The notes beneath the pieces were generated by a model. That model was not told the DNA's origin. It searched no databases and saw only the letters and a list, made by a program, of their open reading frames with translations. Positions 1-12,059 of a DNA stretch of 64,000 nt are shown piece by piece. Each line of letters begins with the position of its first letter. Position 1 is the first letter of the stretch. Where the stretch lies: the NCBI RefSeq assembly GCF_963921235.1, contig NC_086104.1:12710001-12774000 (forward strand), written 5' to 3'. Made by a program: the position numbers and the translations under genes. The DNA comes from Mobula hypostoma. Taxonomy: Eukaryota.

Positions 1-417
1 TCGCATTGCACTCTGGACACTCAGTCTGATTCTCCTATCACTGTACCAGCCCCTTTTCTCAGCTGGTTCCCCCTCACCTCCTCACATCGACTACCGTTCC
101 AACATAGGGTTCTCTACCCTGTAGGCCAAGTGTCCCTCTGTCTCCTCAGATGATGCTCACACCACCAAAACCCTCCACTGGGGACCTGAGAGATGCAGAT
201 GCTGGAATCTGGAGCAAGACACAGATTCTATAAGCCTTCTGCAACCTCCTTTGGCTCTTACAGTCCCAACTATCTCTATTTCCCCATCTTCTACACCACT
301 ACCTGTCTCTATAACACCTTCTACAGATCCTACACACCTGACTCTGTGAGCCACGATAGCACCAACACACCTCCCGATCTCTGCAACCACCTCCATCCCC
401 CTCCACCCTTTTGACCA

Positions 418-1356
418 CTATCTAGCTTTGCTGATGAAACGAAGATAGGTGGAGGGGCCGGTAGTGCTGAAAAAATAGAGAGTCTGTAGAGAAACTTGGA
501 TAGATTGGAAGAATGGGCAAAGAAGTGGCAAATGAAGTACAATGTTGGAAAGTGTATGGTTATGCACTTGGGCAGAAGAAATAAACAGGCAGTCTATTAT
601 TTAAATGAGGAGAGAATTCAAAGTTCTGAGATGCAACGGGACTTGGGAGTCCTCGTACAGGATATACTTAAGGTTAACCTCCAGGTTGAGTCGGTGGTGA
701 AGAAGGCGAATGCAATGTTGGCATTCATTTCTAGAGGAATAGGGTATAGGAGTGGAGATGTGATGTTGAGGCTCTGTAAGGCACTGATGAGACCTCACTT
801 GGAGTACTGTGGGCAGTTTTGGTCTCCTTATTTAAGAAAGGATGTGCTGACGTTGGAGAGGGTACAGAGAAGATTCACTAGAATGATTCCGGGAATGAGA
901 GGGTTAACATATGAGGAATATTTGTCCACTCTTGGACTGTATTCCTTGGAGTTTAGAAGAATGAGGGGAGACCTCATAGAAACATTTCGAATGTTGAAAG
1001 GCATGGAACAGAGTGGACGTGGCAAAGTTGTTTCCCATGATGGGGGAGTCTAGTACGAGAGGGCATGACTTAAGGATTGAAGGGCGCCCATTCAGAACAG
1101 CGATGCGAAGAAATTTTTTTAGCCAGAGGGTGGTGAATCTATGGAATTTGTTGCCATGGGTGGCAGTGGAGGTCAAGTCATTGGGTGTATTTAAGGCAGA
1201 GATTGATAGGTATCCGAGTAGCCAGGGCATCAAAGGTTATGGTGAGAAGGCGGGGGAGTGGGACTAAATGGGAGAATGGATCAGCTCATGATAAAATGGC
1301 AGAGCGGTTTCGATGGGCCGAATGGCCGACTTCTGCTCCTTTGTCTTCTGGTCTTA
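418..1356 (+). mobile_element. CR1-clade LINE 3' fragment (end of RT plus 3' UTR)
   Basis: ORFs 496-1053 and 1013-1267 carry CR1 C-terminal motifs (RDLGV, RPHLEYC..FWSP, LERVQRRFTRMI, RGH, FFSQRVVNLWN) with a frameshift. Confidence 0.85.
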
Positions 1357-1672
1357 CCTCTTCACTCTGTCTGCCTCCTACACTGCCCATTCACTTAAAC
1401 CTCTACAACACCTGCACTCCTTCCCATTTCTGACACCCCATCCAGTCCAACACCCCTCACTATCTCTGTAATCCTCCCCCTCCAGCCCCTATTGACCTCC
1501 TACTTGCCTCTCTGTCCAACCACACCCTGCACCCCTCCCTATGTCTGTGAGCCTCTTTGACCCCTGCACCCCACTGTCTCTAAGCTCTGCCCCCATGACC
1601 ACACCATCTCTGTAAACCCCTCCAACCCCAGCCTCTCTATCTCTACCAACTCCTCCCTACCCCGTCACCCTC
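1357..1672. repeat. Degenerate C-rich low-complexity repeat (similar tract at ~230-415)
   Basis: Recurrent cacc...atctctg(t/c)aacc...ctcc units on both sides of the CR1 fragment. Confidence 0.45.
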
Positions 1673-1982
1673 AGACATAAGAGCGGAATTAGGCCAGTTA
1701 GCCCATCCCTGCCGTGTTTCATTATTGCCCTCTTCGGTCTTCTCCCCATAAGCTTTCACACTTGCTAATCAAGAACCAGTCAACCTCCACTTTAATTGTA
1801 CTCGTCTGTGACAAAGAATTCCACAGATTCAGCACCCTCTGGCTAAAGCAATTCCTCCTCATTTCTGTTCTAAAGAAATGCCCTTCTATTCAGAGACTGT
1901 GCCCTCTGGTCTTCAACTCTCCTGTGATTGAAAACATCCTCTCCACACCCACTCTCTGCAGGTCTTTCAATATTCAAACAAC

Positions 1983-2235
1983 TTACACACAAAATGCTGG
2001 AGGAACTCAGCAGGCCAGGCAGCATCTAGGAAAAAGAGTACCGTCAATGTTCAGGGCTGAAGCCCTTCAGCAGGACTGGAGACAAAAGGCTGAGGAGTAG
2101 ATTTAAAAGGTGGGGGAGAGGGGAGCTAGAAACATGAGGTGATAGGTGAAACCTGAGGGGGGGGAGGATGAAGAAAAGAGCTGGGACGTAAATTGGTGAA
2201 GGAGACTGAAGGCCATAGAAGAAAGAAAAGGGGAG
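1983..2235 (-). mobile_element. PLE terminal-repeat fragment with decayed hammerhead (2043-2078)
   Basis: acacaaaatgctggaggaactcagcaggccaggcagcatct is shared with the other hammerhead-bearing repeats here; the core is mutated. Confidence 0.6.
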
Positions 2236-2239
2236 ACAT

Positions 2240-3760
2240 GCACCACTGAATGAAGATCATAGTTGGGAGCTTAACATGCAAGGATACAAATTGTATCGAA
2301 AGGACAGGTAGGTATGCAGAGGGAGTGGGGTGGCTCTGCTGGTAAAAAAAATGAAGCAAAATCCTTGGAAAGAGGTGACAGAAAACTGAAAGATATAGAA
2401 TCCTTGCGGGTAGATTTAAGAAATTTCAAGGGTAAAAAGACCCTGATGGATGTTATATACAGGCCTCTGAATGTGGGATATAAATTACAATGGGAGATAG
2501 AACAGGCAAGTAAAAAGGGCATTATTAAAATACTAATTGGGGATTTCAGTATGCTGGTAGATTGGGAAAATCAGGTTGGTCCTAGATCCCAAGAGAGAGA
2601 ATTTGTAGAATGCCAACAAGATGGCTTTTTAGAGCAGGTTCCGGTTGAGCCCACAAGGGAAAAGACAATTCTGGATTGAAGTTTGGTGTAATGAACCAGA
2701 TTTGCTTAGGGAGCCTAAGGTAAAGGAACCCTTGGGAGGCGGTGATCGTAATGTGATGGAATTCATTCTGCAGTCTGAGCGGGAGAAGGTGAATTCAGAT
2801 GTATGAGTACAGTGGAGTAAAGGGAATTATGGAGGCATGAGAGAGGAGTGCCAAGCTTGATTGGAAAATGACACTCGCAGATTTGATGGCAGAACAATGG
2901 CCAGCCTCACCATTCACCACCTAGGGCATGCTCTCTTCTTGCTGCTGTCATCAGGAAGAAGGTAGAGAAGCCACAGGACTCACCACCAGATTCAGGAATA
3001 GTTATTACCTGTCAATCATCAGGCTCCGGAACCAGTGGGGTTAACTTCACTCAACTTCACTTGCCCTAACAATGAACTCATCCCACAATGTATGGACTCA
3101 CTTTCAATGACACTTCATCTCATGTTCTTGATATTTACTATTTGTTTGTTCATTTATTTATTATAATTGTTTCTTTTTTCTTTCATATTTGCACAGTTTT
3201 TCCATCCTGGTGGGTGCAGTCTTTTACCCTATTATGTTTCTTGGATTTACTGTGTATGCCTGCAAGAAAATTAATCTCAGGGTTGTATATGGTGACATAC
3301 ATGTACATTGATAATAAATTTACTTTGAACTGTCAACCTTGGAATTTCTGGGAGAAATTCAGAAAGTGCAGCATAGTTAAATCCCGAAGATGAAGAAGTA
3401 TTCCAAAGGGAAGATGTCAACCATCGCTGACAAGGAAAGTCAAAGACAGCATAAAAGCGAAAGAGAATATATAAAATATAGCAAAAATTAGTGGGAATTT
3501 TGAGGGCATGAAGCTTTTAAAAACCAACAAAAGGCAACTGATAAAGCCATGGGGGAGAAAATATGAAATATAAAGGCAAGCTAGTCAATAATATAAGATA
3601 CCAAAAGTTTTTTTCAGATGTATTGAGTACAAGAGAGGCAAGAGTGGATATCAGACTGTTAGAAAATGATGCTGGAGAGGTAGTAACGGGGGACAAAGAA
3701 GTGGCAGACAAATTTACTAACTATTTTGCATTAATCTTCACTGTGGAGGACACGAGCAGC
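2240..3760 (+). mobile_element. Degraded CR1 endonuclease/linker region, interrupted by another LINE 3' end (~2900-3330)
   Basis: ORF 2314-2679 has IYRP, IGDFS, PTREKTILD; ORF 3563-3835 has FTNYFALIFTVED. Confidence 0.7.
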
Positions 3761-4059
3761 TTAGTTATACAATGGAGGATAAGAAAAAATGTTGAATGTA
3801 TTACTGCACAATTAGACAATCATGCAGTCACTTGATTGGGGAATGGGTTGTGTATTTTGTTTATCAAATATATTGTACCCCATGTTGCTTGATTTAACTT
3901 TGTGGGAGGTGATAACATTGAAATCTTGCCACAGATGTCGAGCATCCCTCGTTGATTCCAGTTTGGTCCAGAATCTTCATTTTGTCTGTGAGATGGCATT
4001 CTGGTGATCATACCTGCACCTCTTCTAGCATTCTTAGTCTCCAGATTTGATTGTCTGTT

Positions 4060-5025
4060 AGACAATTCTCCTTTGTCTATCCTACATGTTATTTCTTCAA
4101 AAAGTTCCAACATATTTGTTAGGCAAGATTTAACATTGAGGAAACCATGCTGACTATGGCTTATTTTATCATGTGCCTCCAAACACCCCAAAACAACATC
4201 CTTAACAATCGACTCCAACATCTTCCCATCCACTGAGATCAGTCTAATTGGCCGATAATTTCTTTTCTTCTGCCTCTCTCCCTTCTTGAAGAGTGAAGTG
4301 ACATTTGCAATTTCCCAGTCTTTCAGAACCATTCCAGAATCTAGTAATCATTGAAAGGTCATTACTAATGCCTCCATAATCTCTCCAGCCACCGCTTTCA
4401 GAACCCTGGGGTAACACCATCAGGTCCAGGTGAATTATCTACCTTCAGACCTTCCAGTTTCCAAAGAACCTTCTCCCTGGTAATGGCAACTTCACACGCT
4501 TCATGACCCCTGACACCTGGAGCTTCCACGATACTGCTACTGCCTTCCACATTGAAGACCGAGGCAAAATACTTATTCAGTTCATCCATCATTTCCTTGT
4601 CCCCCGTTATTATCATTTTCCAGCAGACTGATATCCATTCTTTCCTCTCTTTTACACTTTATGAATTAGAAGGAAATATTGGTATCCTCTTTAATATGAC
4701 TGGCTTGCTTACTACTCCATCTTTACTATCTTAATGACTTTTTTGTTGTCGTCTGTTGGTATTTGAAAGCTTCCCAATCCTCTAACTTCCCACTAATTTT
4801 TAGTCTATTTGGCTTTGAGTTCTCTTCCTTTAGATTACTTCTTCCTCATTGGGATGTATGTATTCTGTGCCTCCAAATTGCTTCCCGGAATCCCAGTCAT
4901 TGCTGCTCTGCCATCATCCCCGCCAATGTTCTTTTCCAAGCAACAAGCCAATTCTTCTCACATACATCTATAAATCCCTTGACTCCACGGTAAGACTGAT
5001 ACATCTGACTTTCGCTTCTCCTTCT
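4060..5025 (-). mobile_element. Degraded CR1 RT fragment
   Basis: SPGPDG, DWEIANVTSLFKKG, NYRPI, SQHGF, KSCLTN. Confidence 0.8.
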
Positions 5026-5104
5026 CTGGAAAAGAGTAAACAGTCGTGTGTCGGCCAGCTGAGTCACTGCAGCATTTGGTGTGCAGCACTGGGCAGAGGG
5101 AGCC

Positions 5105-5265
5105 GCTTCTGATTGGTGGACGAGTGAATTGGAGCGTTTTTGATTTGCTCCCTTCGATATCCAATCAAAGGATAGATAAGCGAATCGTTTGCCCAATCAA
5201 CCAATGAAAATGTTCTCTATTCACATCCCTCATTAACATACCGATGTCGGCGTTGTCTATTTAAT
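5105..5265 (+). promoter_or_regulatory. H2B copy 1 promoter
   Basis: CCAAT boxes at 5161, 5193 and 5201; octamer-like ATTAACAT at 5232-5239; TATTTAA at 5258-5264. Confidence 0.7.
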
Positions 5266-5317
5266 CCGCACTCCGAGCAGATTCTGTTCATTTCAGCGTT
5301 TGAATCCGAGGGAAGAA

Positions 5318-5692
5318 ATGCCCGAGCAGCAGAAATCCGCTCCCAAGAAGGGCGCCAAGAAAGCTTTGCCCAAACCAGCGGGCAAGTCTGGCAAAAAACG
5401 CAGGAGGGTGAGGAAGGAGAGTTACTCCATCTATATCTACAAAGTGATGAAGCAGGTTCACCCCGACACCGGCATCTCCTCCAAGGCCATGAGCATCATG
5501 AACTCGTTCGTGAGCGATATTTTCGAGCGCATCGCGGGCGAGGCTTCCCGGCTGGCCCATTATAACAAGCGATCGACCATCAGCTCCCGGGAGATCCAGA
5601 CTGCTGTGCGCCTGCTGCTGCCTGGGGAGCTGGCCAAGCACGCCGTGTCGGAAGGGACAAAGGCGGTGACCAAGTACACCAGCTCCAAGTGA
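5318..5692 (+). CDS. H2B: Histone H2B, replication-dependent (124 aa)
   Basis: [12 protein letters not shown]...[27 protein letters not shown]...AVTKYTSSK; intronless; stem-loop downstream. Confidence 0.98.
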   Translation: MPEQQKSAPKKGAKKALPKPAGKSGKKRRRVRKESYSIYIYKVMKQVHPDTGISSKAMSIMNSFVSDIFERIAGEASRLAHYNKRSTISSREIQTAVRLLLPGELAKHAVSEGTKAVTKYTSSK

Positions 5693-5724
5693 AGAGTGCC
5701 CAGAAAACACACCGGAAACCCAAC

Positions 5725-5764
5725 GGCTCTTTTAAGAGCCACTCACAGATTCATTGAAAGAGTT
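5725..5764 (+). terminator. Histone 3' stem-loop plus HDE (U7 snRNP site)
   Basis: GGCTCTTTTAAGAGCC at 5725-5740; purine-rich AAAGAGTT at 5757-5764. Confidence 0.95.
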
Positions 5765-6518
5765 ACTACTCCCGCCCACACGGAAGCATAATTCCGTCCT
5801 TCGCCTCTCTTTACTAGAAACTATCTCCCACATATCCAGCAATTACGAAAACATTACAAATAACCACTGACAAAACAGGGAACTCAGTCATTAAAAGTTA
5901 CAGGGATCTTTTGCCACTGAATGAAGTAAGCATCGAAGTTCAATGAGCTAATTCAAATTCTTTTCATGTTAATCGGCCGACTGTCTGGTATTATCCCGAG
6001 GTCTTTGTTCCATTCTTCCTATAGCGCGAACACGGAACTATCATCCCCTCTTTAGCGTTACTGTCGGTCATTACAAATTGTACATGTATCTGTGAAGCGG
6101 ATAGTTGCTGAATCTGATTTAATAACTGTGGGGAATCTGATTGATTAATTTCTGTCCCATTTTGACAGCTTATGCGAATCCCATTTCAGTGTCAGACATG
6201 AACTGGTTCACGGGTCTTCTCACAGATACCTTTTGTCTGCAAAGTAATTTGTTAAAACTGCAGGTTAAACCAGTCGCAGTCTGAGAAGACCGATGTTTTC
6301 ATAACCGGATCAGGCCCTCATAATGACCGACCGCGAACAGAAGCGATTTTTTTGTTCAGAGTGTTTATCACTTGAAAGAAATCGGCGAATTAATTTCCCA
6401 GACATTTTTTCCATATTAGTTACACTTGTATTAAATGTGTCGGACTTCAGTAATGGGATGTATGCGGAGACCAAGTGGAGAAATAGATCTGGAATAGTTT
6501 GATTTTAGGTTAGGTTTG

Positions 6519-7164
<646 letters not shown>

Positions 7165-7194
7165 AGCGACAGATTCTGAACCCGGTGACCCAAA

Positions 7195-7235
7195 GGCTCT
7201 TTTAAGAGCCACTCACAGTGTCTGTGAAAGGGCTG
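7195..7235 (+). terminator. Histone stem-loop plus HDE
   Basis: GGCTCTTTTAAGAGCC at 7195-7210; AAAGGGCTG at 7227-7235. Confidence 0.95.
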
Positions 7236-8049
7236 TTCTGCGGTTACCATGAGCAGAAAACCCCCAACCGCGTCTGTTGGGCTCGAACAGTGCGTTCGGG
7301 TTCATAATCCGCCATTAATTTCACATAGCCGCCTCTTCCAGAAGTATGCCAAGCGGTAGCTGTGGGAGAGGGGATTGGCATCCCGGTGCCCAGACAGCGG
7401 TGTGTGTCAGCCCAACTTCAGCCAGTCTCCAGAGAGATGGATGGAGTCGATTGTGATCTCACTACTTTACACTGAACCGCACCGCAGCTGACCAGACACT
7501 TGGCACACGATATCTGCGCCGACCATTATGCCGATTTAGATTGTAACAAAGAAACTAGACAGGCAGGCACAAGGTTTTCCACTATATATTTGAGAGAATC
7601 TAATTGCAGAATCCAGAGTGAACAGCCGTCAGGGTATCGACAAATACATTAAGTATAATAAATTACAACTTTTATCTGTTTCCGCTCCGGCTCACTGCTT
7701 CATTTTCTGAGGCAGTGGGTGACTCTCTAAAGAGCGTTTGTTTTGTGCTGAGGAGAAAAGGTTTGTGCGGAGGGCTGTCTGTATCTTGTTTTACGGCAGT
7801 TGGCATCCAGTTTAATGGTGCATTACCGCCACCCTCTGCTCCAGAATGTGCACTAGACATACATTCTAAATCCCTGTTCTTCATTTGCCGAGATACACGG
7901 CGCGGACTTGGCGTTTCAGACCTTACGCTTGACGTGATCGGCGGAAATCACCGCTTTAGAGGGCGGGGAGGGGAGAAGCAGAGAACCGGAATTCTGAAAT
8001 TCGGGTAAGATACGGGTCAGGCAGCTGCAATCCGCCGCAAAATTTCACT

Positions 8050-8345
8050 CCTAGATGAGCCTGATGCCTTTTCTGCTCACTTTGTCCAACAAAACATGGA
8101 GACACCTTCACGAACGCCGACTCCGATTTCGGTGTCTGAGGCCGACGTGAACGCTTCCTTCAGGAGGATGAACCCGCCGAAAGCACCTGGTCCCGATGGG
8201 GTCCCTGGCTGTGTTCCGAAGACCTGTGCTAATCAACCGGCTGGGCTGTTCACTCTCTCTCGGCAGTCTAAGGTACCCACCTGTTTCAAGCAAAAGGTTC
8301 CTACGAAAAACGTGGTGACCTGCCTCAGTGATTACTGTCTGCGCA
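8050..8345 (+). mobile_element. Rex1/Babar-like LINE RT fragment
   Basis: ORF 8096-8350: NPPKAPGPDGVPG, VPTCFK. Confidence 0.6.
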
Positions 8346-8616
8346 GTTAAGCTGCAGATAGTGATTTCCTCACTTGCAGACCCCAGTCAGTTTGTACAGT
8401 GCGGTGCAAATGTTTGGGCACCCACGGTCGAAATTTCTGTTACTGTGAATAGCTAAGCGAGTAAAAGATGACCTGATTTCCAAAAGGCATAAAGTTAAAG
8501 ATGACACATTTCTTTAATATTTTAAGCAAGAAAACTTTTTTATTTCCATCTTTTACAGTTTCAAAATAACAAAAAAGGAAAAGGGCCCGAAGTAAAAGTT
8601 TGGGCACCCTGCATGG

Positions 8617-9639
8617 TCAGTACTTAGTAACACCCCCTTTGGCAAGTATCACAGCTTGTAAACGCTTTCTGTAGCCAGCTAAGAGTCTTTCAATTCTTGT
8701 TTGGGGGATTTTCACCCATTCTTCCTTGCAAAAGGCTTCTAGTTCTGTGAGATTCTTGGGCTGTTTTGCATGCACTCCTCTTTTGAGGTCTATCCACAGA
8801 TCTTCGATGATGTTTAGGTCAGGGGATTGTGAGGCCCATGGCAAAACCTTTAGCTTGCGCCTCTTGAGGTAGTCCATTGTGGATTTTGAGGTATGTTTAG
8901 GATCACTATTCTGTTGTAGAAGCCATCCTCTTTTCATCTTCAGCTTTTTTACAGATGGTGTGATATTTGCTTCCAGAATTTGCTGGTATTTAATTGAATT
9001 CATTTTTCCCTCTACCAGTGAAATGTTCCCCTTGCCACTGGCTGCAACACAAGCCCAAAGCATGATCGATCCACCCCCGTGCTTAACAGTTGGAGAGGTG
9101 TTCTTTTCATGAAATTCTGCACCCTTTTTTCTCCAAACATACCTTTGCTCATTGCGGCCAAAAAGTTCTATTTTACCTTCATCAGTCCACAGGACTTGTT
9201 TCCAAAATGCATCAGCCTTGTTTAGATGTTCCTTTGCAAACTTCTGATGCTGAATTTTGAGGTGAGGATGCAGGAAAGGTTTTCTTCTGATGACTCTTCC
9301 ATGAAGGTCATATTTGTGCAGGTGTTACTGCACAGTAGAAGAGTACACCACCACTCCAGAGTCGGCTAAATCTTCCTGAAGGTCTTATGCAGTCAAACTG
9401 GGGTTTTGATTTGCCTTTCCAGCAATCCTACGAACTGTTCTCTCAGAAAGTTTTCTTGGTCTTCCAGACCTCAACTTGACCTCCACCATTCCTGTTAACT
9501 GCCATTTCATAATTACATTATGAACTGAGGAAACGGCTACCTGAAAACACTTTGCTATCTTCTTATACCCTTCTCCCGCTTTGCGGGCATCATTTATTTT
9601 AATTTTCAGAGTGCTAGGCAGCTGCTTAGAGGAGCCCAT
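8617..9639 (-). pseudogene. Tc1 transposase pseudogene (340 codons, in-frame stops)
   Basis: GRPRK, LWTDE, KHGGGS and SPDLNIIE are all in one frame; two in-frame TAA; second catalytic Asp lost (QQNS in place of QQDN). Confidence 0.9.
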
Positions 9640-10353
9640 GGCTGCTGGTTGTTGGGACAAGGCTTGAGGAGTCAGAGTATTTATAAAGCTTTGAAATTTG
9701 TATCACCTGGCCTTTCTTAATGATGACTGTGAACAAGTCATAGCCCTAACAAGCTAATTAAGGTCTGAGACCTTGGTAAAAGTTATCTGAGAACTCAAAT
9801 CTCTTGGGGTGCCCAAACTTTTGCATGGTGCTCCTTTCCTTTTTTTTCACTCTAAAATTGTACAAAACAAAAATAATACACTAATCTTGCTTAAAATGTT
9901 GAAAATGTAACATACCCCGTGGGTATCTTCTGACTGTCTTATGAGCATGATGTAATGATCTTGCAGAGGTCAAATGATGTTAATTTCCCGCCAGTGTGAG
10001 GTCACGTGATGACCTGTTCTCAACAAATATATAAAAGGAAACCCTGGTGACGCAGTTTAGTTTTCAGTTTTGTTTTGTGTTAGTTCGTTATGCTACTCCG
10101 TTATGCTGTGTATTTGTCATGATGCAGATTCGTTTTAAAATGGAGTTTTCCTGTCTGTTTTAAGGTGCAAAGATTAGTGCTGGCAGTTTCGCTAATTGCT
10201 GCCAGGTTTATGTGTGTTGCATCTATAATTTTCCCTTTCCAGTAGTATTGGAGAGTGAAGACTTTATTAAAGGATGGGAACCTGAAGGATCGGAATAACG
10301 TTGGAGTTGTTCGTGAACGCAGCAGGCCAGGCAGCATCTCTAGGAAGAGGTAC

Positions 10354-10389
10354 GGTCGAAGTTTCGGGCTGAGACCCTTCATCAGGACT
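10354..10389 (-). ncRNA. Minimal hammerhead ribozyme, mutated stem III
   Basis: AGTC-CTGATGA-A-GGGTCTCAGCCC-GAAAC-TTC-GACC. Confidence 0.55.
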
Positions 10390-12023
10390 AACTGAAGGAA
10401 GAGTTAGTAAGAGATTTGAAAGTGGGAGGGGGAGGGGAGATCTAAAATGATAGGAGAAGTCAGGAGGGGGAGGGATGGAGCCAAGAGCTGGACAGGTGAC
10501 TGGCAAAGGGGATATGAGATCATGGGACAGGAGGCCCAGGGAGAAAGACAAGGTGGGGGGTGAAGCCAGGAGGATGGGCAAGGGGTCCAGAGCAGGCAGA
10601 AGACCAGAACGGGGTGTCCATGAAGAAGAGGAGGGTTGAAGACAGGAGAAGGGGTCATCGGTGGGGTTGGAAGAGTCCTTGCCGAAGAAGTAGGCTCGGA
10701 GACGGAGACAGTGGAAGAAGAGTTCTGCATCATGGTGAACACGGAACTCGCTGAGGTGTGGGCGAAGGGGACAAAGGTGAGGCCCTTACTGAGGACAGAG
10801 CGTTCTGCCTCCGACAGTTGAAGGTCAGAGGGGATGGTAAAGACCCGGCATGGATGAGAGCTGGGATCAGAGGGGGGAGGGGGGAGGCTGGGGGTGTCAG
10901 TGGAGAGGGGATGGTTGGGGCGAGAAGAAGATGGAGCCTCTGAGTACCCGGGAGCTGACGATGGGATCTGAGGGAGACGGGATTGCAGAGTATTGGTGGG
11001 GGAAGGGGAGACGGGAGTCACAATAGCAGCACATAAAGACCCGGCCTGGAGTTCAAGGCTGGAGTCGCAGTTGGTGGTTGCGCAATCGCTTTGAAGGAAT
11101 ATGCCCTGAGGTGTTGGAGCCGGTGAGATCAATGGCAGAGGCCGCAGTCTGAAGTTCATGCCTGCTAGTTTCATGGCCAGCAGGCTCTGGAGATCGCACG
11201 ATCCTACAACTACGGACTCCAGAGCCTGCTGGCCATGAAACTAGCAGGCATGAACTTCAGACTGCGGCCTCTGCCATTGATCTCACCGGCTCCAACACCT
11301 CAGGGCATATTCCTTCAAAGCGATTGCGCAACCACCAACTGCGACTCCAGCCTTGAACTCCAGGCCGGGTCTTTATGTGCTGCTATTGTGACTCCCGTCG
11401 CCCCTTCCCCCACCAATACTCTGCAATCCCGTCTCCCTCAGATCCCATCGTCAGCTCCCGGGTACTCAGAGGCTCCATCTTCTTCTCGCCCCAACCATCC
11501 CCTCTCCACTGACACCCCCAGCCTCCCCCCTCCCCCCTTTGATCCCAGCTCTCATCCGTGCCGGGTCTTTACCATCCCCTCCGACCTTCAACTGTCGGAG
11601 GCAGAACGCTCTGTTCTCAGTAAGGGCCTCACGTTTGTCCCCCTTCGCCCACACCTCAGCGAGTTCCGTGTTCACCATGATGCAGAACTCTTCTTCCGCC
11701 GTCTCCGTCTCCGAGCCTACTTCTTCAGCAAGGACCCTTCCACCCCCACCGATGACCCCTTCTCCCGTCTTCAACCCTCCTCTTCTTCATGGACACCCCG
11801 CTCTGGTCTTCTGCCTGCTCTGGACCCCTTGCCCATCCTCTAGGTTCCCCCCCCACCTTGTCTTTCTCCCCAGACATCCTGTCCCATGATCCTCTCATAT
11901 CCCCTTTGCCAGTCACCTGTCCAGCTCTTGGCTCCATCCCTCCCCCTCCTGTCTTCTCCTATCATTTTGGATCTCCCCCTCCCCCTCCCACTTTCAAATC
12001 TCTTACTAACTCTTCCTTCAGTT

Positions 12024-12059
12024 AGTCCTGACGAAGGGTCTCAGCCTGAAACGTCGACT
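12024..12059 (+). ncRNA. Minimal type-I hammerhead ribozyme
   Basis: AGTC-CTGACGA-A-GGGTCTCAGCCT-GAAAC-GTC-GACT; predicted cleavage after 12055. Confidence 0.75.

Noticed and set aside
7880-8045. CpG-rich patch with TGACGT and a GC box as a promoter
   Set aside because: No associated gene or homologous copy seen.
10404-11843. Divergent pair of novel proline-rich genes
   Set aside because: Mirror-image arms of a PLE palindrome; one arm is frameshifted.
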